Assembly: GCA_963793865.1 (NCBI GenBank) | Contig: CAWCBP010000014.1 | Span: forward strand, 32,001-96,000 | From: an uncultured delta proteobacterium | Lineage (GTDB): Bacteria; Desulfobacterota; WTBG01 | Length of the DNA: 64,000 nucleotides | Direction of reading: 5' to 3' | In this document: one piece after another, positions 11,901 through 22,421 of the stretch | Layout of the letters: each line of letters begins with the position of its first letter | Numbering within the stretch: the stretch's first letter is position 1 | Notes under the pieces: generated by a model | Told to the model about the DNA's origin: nothing | The model's input: the letters and a program-made list of their open reading frames with translations, nothing else | Databases searched by the model: none | Position numbers and translations under genes: made by a program

Positions 11901-12230
11901 CAGCTCTTCAACGACCGGGGCCAGCTTGAGAATGGAAGCTGTGGAGAGGTTTGCGTACAGTTTATTGAATGCTACGAAATCAGCCTGCCCCTGCTGTTCC
12001 TGTATGGTCAGCTTTTCCACCGTGAGCGAAATGGCATAGGGGTTGAGCCTCACTGACCCGATGCTCACCGGACGGTTGAGAGCCTCGGAGAGTTTCTTGA
12101 CCGCGATCAGCTTTATGGTGAAAGGAAGGATCAGGAAGCCGAACAGGGTATAGGCAGCCATGATTATGACTACCCAGAGGAAAGGTTTTTTGAATCGTCC
12201 CAGGCGGTTAAGCGGCTGTAAGATGTTCAT
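8966..12230 (-). CDS. DUF748 (AsmA-like) protein with C-terminal OmpA-like domain; apparent frameshift ~9545
   Basis: Repeated beta-rich segments, LPVSGRLDDPEFS, KAATSPFSLL; OmpA-like F..GSS.L, SRVDL. Confidence 0.85.
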
Positions 12231-12258
12231 GGCGATCCCTCCTTAATTTTATTCATAA

Positions 12259-14838
12259 TCAAGGTAAGATCTTATCTACTGCCCGCAATTGAACATCCGG
12301 TTTGGCAAAGGGACCGCGGGCGATGAGGTTAAAGGACAGGGTGGCCTTTTTTACTCGGTCTAAATGCTTGCCCACCAGCGGTATTTTTTGCACCAGGGAG
12401 TCTATGGTGCCTGTGGGGATGACATTTATGGTGATATCCATTTCTGCCCGGACCAGGTCAAACGCCCCCTTGAAGGCAAAGTCCGCATCATCGCCCACAA
12501 AGTATAAATCTTCTGTCCGGGCAATGCCGTCAGTAATAGTAAACGAACCGTCAATTTTTTTAAAAACCATGCGGCTTACATCGAGGGTGCGGGTGAGTGT
12601 TTTTGCAACATCGCGAAGGATGGTGATAATGTTCAAATCCCGGATGCCGGGTATGGGGACAATGCCCTGGGTGAATCGCAAGGCGAAAAGAATGCTGTTA
12701 AACAGGGCAGATTGTCTGATTTCCCCCTGAGATGCTGATATCCTGACATCCCCCTGCATTGATTGCCACACATCTTCCTTTTTGCCGGCAGCGCTGCCTC
12801 TCAGCCAGCCCTGTGCCCGCAAGAGGCCCTTTGCCGTGGCAATGGTTTCCCCGGTAAAAAACTGGGCGCACAGCGCTTCAATGTCCATGTTTTCTCCGGT
12901 AAAGGAGGTAAACCAGGTAGTGTTGCCCCTTTGGCAGGAGAGATGGAACGCACCGTCAAGCGTGCCGCCGAACAGATCCGCATAGAGCGGTTCAAACTTC
13001 TGGAACCTGCCCGAGGTATGCCATAGGGTTGAAACCGCCCCGGTTCTGAGCTTCCCAAAGCACAGAAACGGGGCGTCGACTGCAATATCGAGTGCAAAAC
13101 CCGGTGCGGCGTCAGGTTCGGGCGGCGGTTCCTGGGGAGGCTTCTCGTGTTTCCGGAATGCCCTGATGAGCGCGTCTATGTCGAGCCCTGCGGTGTAGAG
13201 CTGACCGGTGATCTGCGGATACCCGGCAATGGTAATCTCGGCTTTGCCCTGACAGGGAAATTCACCCAAAAAAAAAGATGCCCGGGGTATGACCACCAGG
13301 TTGTTAATCGCTTCAATCGACGCATTCACCTTATCAAAAGGCTCCTGCATGATTTTGAGGGTAAGTGTCCCATCCTGCATCAAGGCCCGGGCCCGGTACT
13401 GCAGTTCATCCTGATCCCGGCTTTTTTGCCATGCCTCCGCGGACAGGGTCATTACGCCTCCCCCGCAATGCACGACCCGCAGTTGATTAAACAGGGGGAG
13501 GGCGATCGGCGATGTGCGCAGGGAAGTTTGCATCCAGGGATCCGATCCGGGTTTCATGGATGCCGCGCCGGTTATTTTGTTCTCCCCCAGCATCAGCTCG
13601 AAATTATTGATGATGAGCTCATCAATCGCGGAGAACTGGGCGTCAAAGAGTAGGCTGGCCGGGCTGCCGGACTCTTTGCTCATGATGTCAGGCAGGGTGA
13701 AGGCCGTTTTGGTGAGATCTACGGTTGCGCTCAGGGCTGTCAAACCCGCTGACGCGTTGATGTTGATGCGGGCGTCTGCCGGCCCCGTAAGGCCAAGATT
13801 CGAGAGGGCATTGCTTTTTACCAGGGGAACCGTCTCGTCGAGAGAAAGGCGGGAGGTGCCTTCCAGGCGGGCGGCCCGTTCTTTCTGCCAGAGGTTGTTG
13901 ACGCTCCCTGAAAATGCAAAGGTGTTTTTCCCCCAGCGCAGGTCGAGGTTGTCAATGGTGCATAATCCCGTTTCCGCCTGCAGCGTACCCGTCGCGGAGC
14001 CCCGGGCGGGCAGGCCGGCAGTGGCCAGGGGATCAATCGAGAAGGTTGTTTTGAGCGCCATTGCCCTGGTGCTGCCCGAGGCCCTGAGCGCCACATCGGC
14101 AACCTTTGAGCCGGAAGGCAGCCTGCCTGATGCAATGTCCTCAAGCGGACCTTCCTTGCGCAGCTGCACCTTTGCGCTGATGTCGGGGAGGGGATCCGCG
14201 GTAAAAAGATTTGCAATGGTGCCGGAAAGTTCCGCCGTCAGCGAGGGCATTGCCAGCGAAGCGGAATCAATGGTGACGGCCTGCTCGCGCAGGTTGATCG
14301 TGCCGGCAAGGTTGTCGAATGTCATATGCCGCCCCAGCTTTTCATCGCTGATTGTAATGGAGCCGTTCCTGATGGTGATCTTTTTGAACTCCATCCGGGC
14401 CGGGGGCTGCGCCTGGTCCGGGGCGGCGGTTGCGGCGCTCGCGTTTCGGACCGCGTCCGCGATATTCCATGTGCCGGCGGCGTTGCGCACAATGTTGACC
14501 CGGGGGGAGCCGACGCTGACCGTTTCCACCACAAACCGCCGCTTGAGGAGCTGCAGGGTGTCGAGATCGAAGCGAATCTTTTCAGCGGCGGCGATCTCCC
14601 GTGACGACGGCATGTCGAGGATTTTCATGTCATGGGCGGTAAATTCAACATCCGGATAAAAGCCCACGGAAAAGTCGCGCATGGTTACCGTCCGGTTAAG
14701 CCTGCTCGAAAGCTCCCCGGTGATAAGGTCCTTCACCTGATCGGGGGGGGCAAAGTACCACAGGGCGGCGACCGCCGCTGCGATCACCAGCAGCAGGAGG
14801 AAAACGGCTATGGCAACGGTTTTCGGCAGACGGTTCAT
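12259..14838 (-). CDS. AsmA-family protein
   Basis: N-terminal anchor, RNAAGTWNIAD, C-terminal AsmA_2-like F.ITDGIART..L and ARGPFAKP. Confidence 0.8.
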   Translation of the reverse strand: MNRLPKTVAIAVFLLLLVIAAAVAALWYFAPPDQVKDLITGELSSRLNRTVTMRDFSVGFYPDVEFTAHDMKILDMPSSREIAAAEKIRFDLDTLQLLKRRFVVETVSVGSPRVNIVRNAAGTWNIADAVRNASAATAAPDQAQPPARMEFKKITIRNGSITISDEKLGRHMTFDNLAGTINLREQAVTIDSASLAMPSLTAELSGTIANLFTADPLPDISAKVQLRKEGPLEDIASGRLPSGSKVADVALRASGSTRAMALKTTFSIDPLATAGLPARGSATGTLQAETGLCTIDNLDLRWGKNTFAFSGSVNNLWQKERAARLEGTSRLSLDETVPLVKSNALSNLGLTGPADARININASAGLTALSATVDLTKTAFTLPDIMSKESGSPASLLFDAQFSAIDELIINNFELMLGENKITGAASMKPGSDPWMQTSLRTSPIALPLFNQLRVVHCGGGVMTLSAEAWQKSRDQDELQYRARALMQDGTLTLKIMQEPFDKVNASIEAINNLVVIPRASFFLGEFPCQGKAEITIAGYPQITGQLYTAGLDIDALIRAFRKHEKPPQEPPPEPDAAPGFALDIAVDAPFLCFGKLRTGAVSTLWHTSGRFQKFEPLYADLFGGTLDGAFHLSCQRGNTTWFTSFTGENMDIEALCAQFFTGETIATAKGLLRAQGWLRGSAAGKKEDVWQSMQGDVRISASQGEIRQSALFNSILFALRFTQGIVPIPGIRDLNIITILRDVAKTLTRTLDVSRMVFKKIDGSFTITDGIARTEDLYFVGDDADFAFKGAFDLVRAEMDITINVIPTGTIDSLVQKIPLVGKHLDRVKKATLSFNLIARGPFAKPDVQLRAVDKILP

Positions 14839-14895
14839 AAGGGCAGAAGGAATTTCATCCGGCTTGATGCCGGTGTGAGAAGGCTTTATGCATGC

Positions 14896-15411
14896 TTACG
14901 TCCAGCGCTCCTCTTTTACTATCTCTTTCAGTGAAAGGCGATTTTTCTTTGCGGGGGAGCTTTTTTCCGGATATCCCACGGGCAGGAGCGCAACCACGCG
15001 GATAGGCTTCGGGATGCCGAGAATCTTCCGGACCTCGCTCTCGTAAAATGCCCCGATCCAGCAGGTGCCCAGACCCTCGGCCGCCGCGCACAGCGTAATG
15101 TGATCGACGGCGATGGCGACATCGATGGGATAGCAGAGCTGTCCGCATGCCATCTCGTGGTTGTCGGTTTCCGCGCAGCACACCAGCACCACCGGGGCCT
15201 CGCCGACGAATTTCTGGCCCATGGCCGCCGCTGCCAGCTCTTTTCGCTTTTCCGCGTCACGCACCACGATGAAGCGCCATTCCTGCCGGTTGCTGGCTGA
15301 GGGGGCGAGCCGCGCCGCTTCCAGCAGCCGGGAAATCATATCCGGCGCCACGTCTTTTGCCTTGAATGCTCTGTCGCTTGTGCGCGCTTTGATGGCCTCA
15401 TAGACATCCAT
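14896..15411 (-). CDS. Nitroreductase family protein
   Basis: APSASNRQEWRFIVV, GLGTCWIG, LPVGYP. Confidence 0.9.
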   Translation of the reverse strand: MDVYEAIKARTSDRAFKAKDVAPDMISRLLEAARLAPSASNRQEWRFIVVRDAEKRKELAAAAMGQKFVGEAPVVLVCCAETDNHEMACGQLCYPIDVAIAVDHITLCAAAEGLGTCWIGAFYESEVRKILGIPKPIRVVALLPVGYPEKSSPAKKNRLSLKEIVKEERWT

Positions 15412-15448
15412 GGCGGTCCTCCCTACTGTTAGAAACCATATTTGGAAA

Positions 15449-15657
15449 GACGAACGTCGAACATTCAACTTCCAACATTCAACGTTGAACGCAAGAGGTT
15501 TTTATTCGATGTTAACGTTATGTGAAATTATGAAGGTTGAACATTAACTCTCAACCATCCAACGTTCGAACCAAAGCGGTTTTTCTTGGCCGTTGACAAC
15601 TTATGTTGGACGTTGGGATTGCAGTTTGCTGAGCATGATAGGACGAACATCCAACAT
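15449..15657. repeat. Heptamer arrays (YCAACRT type) in both orientations
   Basis: cgaacgt cgaacat tcaactt ccaacat tcaacgt tgaac; inverse units atgttgg acgttgg at ~15603. Confidence 0.65.
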
Positions 15658-15766
15658 GCCGCTCTCAATAATGGAGGGCCATGCTCCGTCATGGCCGCAT
15701 ACAAATATAATCGAACGCAACGGAGTGCGTCCCTCCATATAATCTATATTTGTATTAAACCTGCCT

Positions 15767-16930
15767 CTAGCCGAGCACATTAACCTTCTGCCCGTCCTTG
15801 AGGTTCAAAATATCGTCCGGAATGGCGCCCTGTCCGAAAAACGACCACTCCTCATTTCCCCCGGATTCGGTTTTGACGCCGATGACCACCCGTTCGCCCT
15901 GCTGCAATCCGGAGGCGACGGCCGTGAACTCATCACCTTCAATGCCGGTGGCAATGGTTTTGCGCGACAGCGTGCCTTCATTGACCGTAAACACGAACTG
16001 GGTGTCGCCTTCGGTTATGACGGCGCTTTTGGGCACGGTGAGTACCTGCTCCTTCTTGCCGAGCAGGAAATCAAGGTTGGCGGTCATGCCCAGCTTGAGC
16101 GCCCGGTCAGGATTGGTGATGCGCGCTTTGACCCGGTAGGTGATGCCTACCTCACGCCTGCTCGAGGTCATGAATGCTATTTCCTTGACCACCCCCTGGT
16201 AGGACTTGTCAGGAAAGGCGTCGACTGAAATGTCTGCCTGCTGGCCCACCTGAATCTTGCCGATGTCCACTTCATCAACATCGACAATGACTTCCAGATC
16301 GCCGAGGTCGGCAATCTCCGCCATAAAAGTGGGGGCCGAAAACGTGGCTCCCCCGAGGGGACCTGCCACGATCTCACCCACCGCCACGTTTTTGCTGACG
16401 ATGGTTCCGCTCGCCGGCGCGGTGATGGTGGAATTGTTCAGCCGGGCGGTTGCCAGCTCATAAGTGGCACGGTTTTGTTGTACCATCGCCCTTCCCACAT
16501 CAACCGCCTGCTGGGAAGCTTCAAGCTGCTCCTGGGAGGCAAACCCCTTTTTAAAGAGCTCCCGGACGCGGGTCAGATTGCTTTCCACATTGACCAGGTT
16601 GATCTGCGCCTGGTTGAGGGCCTCCCGGGCCTGGTTAAGCTGGGCCTTTACTTCAGCGTCCTGCAGCTTGATGAGCACCTGGCCCGCGCGCACATCATCA
16701 AGCTCGTTGAAGTATACGGCGGCCACCCTGCCCGCCATTTCAGAGCCGATTTTGACCCGAAGGGTGGAATCGATCGCCCCCGCGTAGGCAATGGTCTGCG
16801 AGAGGTCGCGCAGGGCCGCCTCGGCGGTTTTCACCGTGAGCTTTTCAGGGAAGAGAAATTTCCACGAGGCTATCGCCAGAAGTAGGGCGATGCAAATGGT
16901 GATGATCAGGAGCTTGCGGGCTTTAACCAT
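15767..16930 (-). CDS. MacA-like efflux periplasmic adaptor
   Basis: Lipoyl/hairpin motifs, VDEVDIGKI..GQ, L.LGMTA. Confidence 0.9.
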   Translation of the reverse strand: MVKARKLLIITICIALLLAIASWKFLFPEKLTVKTAEAALRDLSQTIAYAGAIDSTLRVKIGSEMAGRVAAVYFNELDDVRAGQVLIKLQDAEVKAQLNQAREALNQAQINLVNVESNLTRVRELFKKGFASQEQLEASQQAVDVGRAMVQQNRATYELATARLNNSTITAPASGTIVSKNVAVGEIVAGPLGGATFSAPTFMAEIADLGDLEVIVDVDEVDIGKIQVGQQADISVDAFPDKSYQGVVKEIAFMTSSRREVGITYRVKARITNPDRALKLGMTANLDFLLGKKEQVLTVPKSAVITEGDTQFVFTVNEGTLSRKTIATGIEGDEFTAVASGLQQGERVVIGVKTESGGNEEWSFFGQGAIPDDILNLKDGQKVNVLG

Positions 16931-16951
16931 AACGGGTTCTCTCAAGGGTTG

Positions 16952-18145
16952 TTATTCATAATGCAGCGCGACAATCGGATCGAGGGCAGAGGCCTTAAAT
17001 GCCGGATAGACGCCGAAAAAGGTACCTATGGAAAAGGCAAAGAGCATGGCCACCAGCAGCGCTAGGCAGGAGATGCCGAACTGAAAGTCGGGATAGAGAA
17101 AGGATATGATATAAGCCGCCGCGTAGGACACGATGATGCCGGCCAGCCCGCCAACCAGGGAGATGATTATCGACTCCGCCAGGAACTGGAAGAGAATATC
17201 ATTGTCCTTGGCGCCCACCGCCTTGCGGATGCCGATCTCCTTGGTCCGCTCCGTTACCGCCACCGTCATGATATTCATGATGCCGATGCCGCCCACCACC
17301 AGCGAAATGGTGGCGATGGCACCGAGCATGATGGTGAGGATGGAGGTGATCTGGTTGAATATGTCCAGCGTCTGCCCCTGGCTCTGAACATAAAAATCGT
17401 TTTCGTCAAGGTGTCGCGAGAGAATGGCGGTGGTTTCGGCTATGGCGGCGCCGATGTTCCCCGCCTCGGGCACCTTGGCCATGATCAGATCAATCTCGGT
17501 GGAGTTGAAAAATTTCTGGGCGGTGGTTATGGGAACAAAGATGTAGTCATCCTGGTTTATGTTGAAGAGCAGCCCCTTTTTCTCCATGATTCCTACAATC
17601 TGGAAATTTCTTCCGTTGACGACCAGCTTTCTGCCGATGGGATCGACCCCGCGGAAGAGGTCCTGGTAGACGCTGTACCCGAGGACACAGACTTTGCGGT
17701 TGGAGACGAGATCGCTTTTCCCGATGAATTGGCCTTTCTCAACCTTCCACTCTCTCACTGCGGCGAAATTGGGGGTCGTGCCGGTAATAATCGCCGTATT
17801 GCGGGATTTCTTGCCGTACTTTACCAAGGCGGTTTTGTTGATCACCGGAGAGGTGACAATGCCGAAGCTGTTCTCCTGGGTGATGGTCCTGGCATGCCAT
17901 TCCTTGAGCTTGCTGGTGACGTAGGCCAGCGGCTGCTTCTTGGGATCGGCGGGAAAAACAAAATAGAGGTTCGATCCCAGCGACTTGATGCTTCCGGTAA
18001 CCTGGCTGCGCACCTCGAGTGAGAGCGAGGTGAGGAGCACAATGGCGGCGACCCCGATGATTACCCCTAAAATGGTGAGCAGCGATCGGAGCTTGTTTGC
18101 CCTCAGACCCTCAAACGATACCTGTAGGATTTCAGTTGCCTTCAC
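16952..18145 (-). CDS. MacB-like ABC permease
   Basis: NKLRSLLTILGVIIGV, GGIGIMNIM..AVTERTKEIGIRKAVGA. Confidence 0.9.
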   Translation of the reverse strand: MKATEILQVSFEGLRANKLRSLLTILGVIIGVAAIVLLTSLSLEVRSQVTGSIKSLGSNLYFVFPADPKKQPLAYVTSKLKEWHARTITQENSFGIVTSPVINKTALVKYGKKSRNTAIITGTTPNFAAVREWKVEKGQFIGKSDLVSNRKVCVLGYSVYQDLFRGVDPIGRKLVVNGRNFQIVGIMEKKGLLFNINQDDYIFVPITTAQKFFNSTEIDLIMAKVPEAGNIGAAIAETTAILSRHLDENDFYVQSQGQTLDIFNQITSILTIMLGAIATISLVVGGIGIMNIMTVAVTERTKEIGIRKAVGAKDNDILFQFLAESIIISLVGGLAGIIVSYAAAYIISFLYPDFQFGISCLALLVAMLFAFSIGTFFGVYPAFKASALDPIVALHYE

Positions 18146-18147
18146 CG

Positions 18148-18894
18148 TTATTCTTCCTTGCCCCGCGGGAATCTTCTCTGCAGCTCATCAGCCGCATTTT
18201 TCTTCTCTTCCACCTTCTCTTCCCGGGTTATCCTGCCATCGGTCAGATGGACGATTCTGTGGGAGTGTTGGGCGATGTACTGGTCGTGGGTAACCATGAG
18301 GATGGTCATGGAATCACCGTTGAGCTTCTGCAGCAGCACCATGATCTCCAGCCCGGAATGTGAATCAACATTGCCGGTGGGCTCGTCCGCCAGGATGATG
18401 GCCGGGTCATTGATCAGGGCGCGGGCTATGGCAACCCGCTGCTTCTGCCCTCCGGAGAGCTCGTTCGGCTTGTGCATGACCCGATCCTCCAGCCCCACGG
18501 CCTTCAAAAGCGCGAGCCCCTTATCTTTGGAGCGGGTTTTCGGCTGATCGCTGTAGAGGAAGGGAAGCATCACGTTTTCCAGCGCGCTCATCCGGGGAAG
18601 GAGATTGAAGCTCTGGAAAATGAAACCGATTTTTTTGTTGCGCAGGTAGGCAAGCTGCGAGCGGCTCATCCTGGCAGTTTCCGTTCCCTCGATTTCCACG
18701 CTGCCTTCGGTAGGATGATCCAGGCATCCGATGATGTTCATCAGGGTGGATTTGCCTGAGCCGGAAGGTCCCATGATGGTGACGAATCCTCCCCGTTCGA
18801 TCTCAAGCGAGACGCCTCGTAAGGCCGGCACGGTGATGGAGCCCAGCTCGTAACTCTTTTTCAGATTGCACACGCGAAGAATCATCAGACACAC
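18148..18894 (-). CDS. MacB/LolD-like ABC ATP-binding protein
   Basis: GPSGSGKST, LSGGQKQRVAIARAL, ADEPTGN. Confidence 0.92.
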   Translation of the reverse strand: MCLMILRVCNLKKSYELGSITVPALRGVSLEIERGGFVTIMGPSGSGKSTLMNIIGCLDHPTEGSVEIEGTETARMSRSQLAYLRNKKIGFIFQSFNLLPRMSALENVMLPFLYSDQPKTRSKDKGLALLKAVGLEDRVMHKPNELSGGQKQRVAIARALINDPAIILADEPTGNVDSHSGLEIMVLLQKLNGDSMTILMVTHDQYIAQHSHRIVHLTDGRITREEKVEEKKNAADELQRRFPRGKEE

Positions 18895-18966
18895 CTTTCG
18901 TACGGTGCCCTAATATAACTGAAATGAAGCGATTTTTCAAGCCAAAGAATTGGTGGAGGTACTACA

Positions 18967-20754
18967 CTAGCCCGTCGGGAAGGGCGGGGGATCCGCCAGC
19001 GGACGCCACTGCAGCCACTTGCCTGCATCGTAGTACAGGAAAAAGGAGCGGGGATGGTCCAGAGGCAGGGCGGATTGCACCACGATGGATTTCACCCGGC
19101 CTCCCTCCACGTTCTCCAGGGTTATGGTCAGATCAGGAAGCTGAAAGGTTTCTCCCCGGCGGAAGGCGCGGTTGAGGGAAAAGAGCTTTTCGGTATTGGT
19201 CTCAAAATAGTAGCGGGCGGGATGAGAAATCCTCAGCCGGTGCGCGTCAAGCACCTCGACTGAGACCGGCTCGTCAAAGGCGGAGAGGGGATAAAGTTTC
19301 ATGCCGGTTGCGCTGACCGAGCGCACCGCGGCCGTCAGGTCATTGTTAAAGGCGGGAAGGGGCGGGTGAGGAACCTGCCATTCGGCAAAGCGGTAGTAGA
19401 GGGCATAGTAGAGGCCCAGGTACATGTAGTTCTCGCCCGAAAGACCCATTTCGGCGACGCCCTGCCGGGGGAAGTTGAGGATGAATAACCTGTCAGCAGT
19501 TGTCTTGCGGGGGATGATTTCATCCACGGCGCTGTAAAATGCCTCGTACTCGGTCTGCAGGACCTTGTCAAACTGGCGGGCCTGGATGATGTTGGTGATC
19601 GGCGGCAGGATCAGGGCAACGACCAGGAAAAAATAGGCGAGCCCCTTGCGCTTGAGCATGAAAATGGCGAGGGCCGCAAGGTAGGCATAGCCGATGCTGG
19701 GAATGAGCAGGAGGCGGTCATTGATGGGAGGCACCACAATGAAGGGAAGGGGGAGCACCATCCACACGATGAACAGGCTGATTTCGGGAAAGCGGTCCCG
19801 CTCCTTCCAGATACGATAGGTGATATAAGCCGCGACGGAAAACTGCAGTACCAGGACGTACCAGTAGCGGGTGACAAAATCAGGTCCCACCGAGGCCAGT
19901 ACCCCGCCATAAAAAAGTGCCGCGAGGTAAAGCCCGGTCGCTTTTAAAAAATCAATGGGGTAGTCCCGGAGCAGCCGCTCTCCATACCAGTAGCTTCCGT
20001 ACCCGTTCGCCTGGTAAAAGAGAAAGTAGCTTACATTTATGATGAACAGGAGCAGGTACACCTTCCATTGGCCGGTAAGCGCGGCCCTGAGGTTTTTAAA
20101 GCGTATCAGGTCGTGGATGAGGATGAGGACGGGAAAGATGAAAGAGATCTCCTTGGTGCAGAGCGCGAGGATGTACGACAGTATGAAGAAAAGCCCCGGG
20201 AGCGGCCTTCTCTTCTCGAAAAAACGCAGGTAGAAGATGAGACTTGTCACCAGAAAGATGGCGCAGATGATATCATTGCGGGATGCGATCCAGCGCACGG
20301 TCATGTAGTGGCAGGGCTCGAGGGTGAAGATAAGCGCACCGCAAAAGGCCGCCCACGCGTGCCGGAAGAAGGCGGCATAGAGAACATAGAGCAGCACCGC
20401 CAGCACTGCATAGAGGACGACATTGTGGACATGATACGGAAGGGGATTGCTTTTCCAGAGGGTGTAGTCAATGAGATGGCTTACGGAGGCGACCGGCCGG
20501 AAGTAGCGTATGCGCCAGCTGGTGTTGGTCCACCAGGGCACGGCGGTCATCTGGGTATAGTAGGTTGCCTCCTCCGGCGTGGTGACGAAGTTAAAAATAT
20601 TGACTTCCCGCTCCCCGCGGCTGATGAGCTTGAGCATTTCCTGCTGGGCATAGTCGTCAAACATGAAACCGGCATCGAAGGTGTGGGTATACATGAGGAA
20701 GACAATGAAGATGAGAAGAGCGGAGTGGAGGAGCGGATTATTGAATCGCTGCAT
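18967..20754 (-). CDS. GT-C fold (PMT/ArnT-like) membrane glycosyltransferase
   Basis: F.FDD after TM1, YFRP, WIASRND, LCTKE; many TM helices. Confidence 0.7.
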   Translation of the reverse strand: MQRFNNPLLHSALLIFIVFLMYTHTFDAGFMFDDYAQQEMLKLISRGEREVNIFNFVTTPEEATYYTQMTAVPWWTNTSWRIRYFRPVASVSHLIDYTLWKSNPLPYHVHNVVLYAVLAVLLYVLYAAFFRHAWAAFCGALIFTLEPCHYMTVRWIASRNDIICAIFLVTSLIFYLRFFEKRRPLPGLFFILSYILALCTKEISFIFPVLILIHDLIRFKNLRAALTGQWKVYLLLFIINVSYFLFYQANGYGSYWYGERLLRDYPIDFLKATGLYLAALFYGGVLASVGPDFVTRYWYVLVLQFSVAAYITYRIWKERDRFPEISLFIVWMVLPLPFIVVPPINDRLLLIPSIGYAYLAALAIFMLKRKGLAYFFLVVALILPPITNIIQARQFDKVLQTEYEAFYSAVDEIIPRKTTADRLFILNFPRQGVAEMGLSGENYMYLGLYYALYYRFAEWQVPHPPLPAFNNDLTAAVRSVSATGMKLYPLSAFDEPVSVEVLDAHRLRISHPARYYFETNTEKLFSLNRAFRRGETFQLPDLTITLENVEGGRVKSIVVQSALPLDHPRSFFLYYDAGKWLQWRPLADPPPFPTG

Positions 20755-20918
20755 AGTTGGTATGGATGTGATTGATTATCTGCCGGATGTTCTGCCGTAT
20801 TGGCAGAGATGTAAAACGCACTGCTATTTTAATTAGTTACAACTGCACTATAAACAAGCGGGGATGAATGGTCAAGATGAAACTGCACATGGGATGGATA
20901 TCGGGTCGCTCATGCCAA

Positions 20919-20946
20919 GTAGGGGCGACCGGCCGGTCGCCCCTGC
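20919..20946 (+). repeat. GTAG-type REP palindrome
   Basis: gtaggggcgaccggccggtcgcccctgc. Confidence 0.8.
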
Positions 20947-20972
20947 GCAGACTTACTAATAAATCTCTGGAT

Positions 20973-21014
20973 AAAAACCCCCTTTCCTCCCTGTCAAACA
21001 GGGCGGAAAGGGGT
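20973..21014 (-). terminator. Rho-independent terminator
   Basis: GC-rich hairpin followed by a T-run on the minus strand, after the 21033 stop. Confidence 0.6.
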
Positions 21015-21032
21015 AGCGTGCTCATTCGATAC

Positions 21033-22421
21033 TCAGTAACTCATGTTGACCTTGAACTCATCTCCCATCGCCTGCAGGGCATTGTCATACCGGCGGGCGT
21101 ATACCGAGCCGATCCCGGAGAGGAGGTTTGCCAGGGAAACCTTGTTCCAGGCAACAATAATAGTGTTCTCGCTGTCGATGGCAATGGAGGGCGAGTTATT
21201 CAAATCGAACCCCTGGCTCACTTTGATTTCGCTGGAAAGGGAGGACCCGGTGCCGTATATAGCTTTGAGATAGATGTTGTCATTGAACAGGTTGCTGCCG
21301 CCCCAGGTCACAAAGAAGTTTCCGTCGCTGTCCGGCGCAATGTCGATGCCGGTGTTGGAAAGATAGTTGCCCGCGTCCACGAAGGCCGATGGGGTGTATG
21401 CTGAACTGATTCCCATCTGCAGCGGTCCTGACGAGGAGGTTCCCGTTGGAGAGAAAAGGGCTGCCATGATCCTGACCTTGAGGCTGAAGAGATCGATGGC
21501 ATTCCAGGCGATAAGCGCGGTATTGCTGCTGCTCACCGCGACCCTCGAGTTAAAACCCAATCCCACCATCTGCTTGTTGTAACCGCTCACCACCTTGCCG
21601 GAGGTGTCGTACTTGCTGTAGTAGACGGCGCAGAGGGGAAGATTGGTATTGAGAAAATAGGGCTGCAGTCCCGCTGCCGTCCAGGTGATGAGGATTTTGC
21701 CGTTTGCGTCGAAGGCAACCGACGGGGAAAAGTACAGAACAGGATGCATGACGGTCGAGCCGTCTGCTGTTTCCATATTGCTTGCCACTTTGACCGGGTT
21801 GCCGGCCTTGCCGTCAGGCTTAACCACCACAAGGTAAATGCCGCTTTCGCCGGTGCCGACGATGAAGTAACTCCAGACGATGGCCAGCGTGTCATCGCTG
21901 TGAATGGCAATGGCCGGGGAATAGGGAATGCTGAGTATTGCTTGCGGAGCGTCCTCCTGCTGCGGGCTGATGGCCGAAAGCGTCGCGGGGGATGCGTCCG
22001 CAGCTGCCGCCGCAAGATGGGGGCTCACCCTGGTATAGATTACCTGGGCGCTTTCCGAAGATAAAAGCCCGAAGGCGCACCAGGCGATCACCGCGTTATT
22101 TTCGCTGTCGGTCACGATGTCGGGATCGTAGTTAAGCAGGGCGGTGGAGCCGAAGCCGGAGTTGACCCAGAAGCCGGTATTGTCGAGAGGTTCGCCGTTT
22201 GAATCATAGCGCTTGGCCAGGATGCCGGGCAGATGTCCCAGCCCCATGTAGCCCCAGGTGACGGTGAAGTTGCCATTGCTGTCCGTCGCCACGGCAGGCA
22301 TTGCGTTGATATCCAACAGGGACCGGGGGCCGATGGTTTGGGCATGGGTGTTGCCGGAGTTTCCCGCAATCAGGGCGGCGAAGAGAGAAAAAGAACAGAA
22401 AAGCAGTATTGAATTCTTCAT
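21033..22421 (-). CDS. Secreted repeat protein, probable beta-propeller
   Basis: Signal peptide after an AAGGAG RBS; seven P.(I/V)A.D..G...(V/I).W-like repeats. Confidence 0.7.
   Translation of the reverse strand: MKNSILLFCSFSLFAALIAGNSGNTHAQTIGPRSLLDINAMPAVATDSNGNFTVTWGYMGLGHLPGILAKRYDSNGEPLDNTGFWVNSGFGSTALLNYDPDIVTDSENNAVIAWCAFGLLSSESAQVIYTRVSPHLAAAAADASPATLSAISPQQEDAPQAILSIPYSPAIAIHSDDTLAIVWSYFIVGTGESGIYLVVVKPDGKAGNPVKVASNMETADGSTVMHPVLYFSPSVAFDANGKILITWTAAGLQPYFLNTNLPLCAVYYSKYDTSGKVVSGYNKQMVGLGFNSRVAVSSSNTALIAWNAIDLFSLKVRIMAALFSPTGTSSSGPLQMGISSAYTPSAFVDAGNYLSNTGIDIAPDSDGNFFVTWGGSNLFNDNIYLKAIYGTGSSLSSEIKVSQGFDLNNSPSIAIDSENTIIVAWNKVSLANLLSGIGSVYARRYDNALQAMGDEFKVNMSY

Noticed and set aside
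13514..14659. 381-aa plus-strand ORF and similar long antisense ORFs (e.g. 36-839, 49736-50626, 63111-63973)
   Set aside because: Shadow frames opposite recognisable genes in GC-rich DNA, with no motifs
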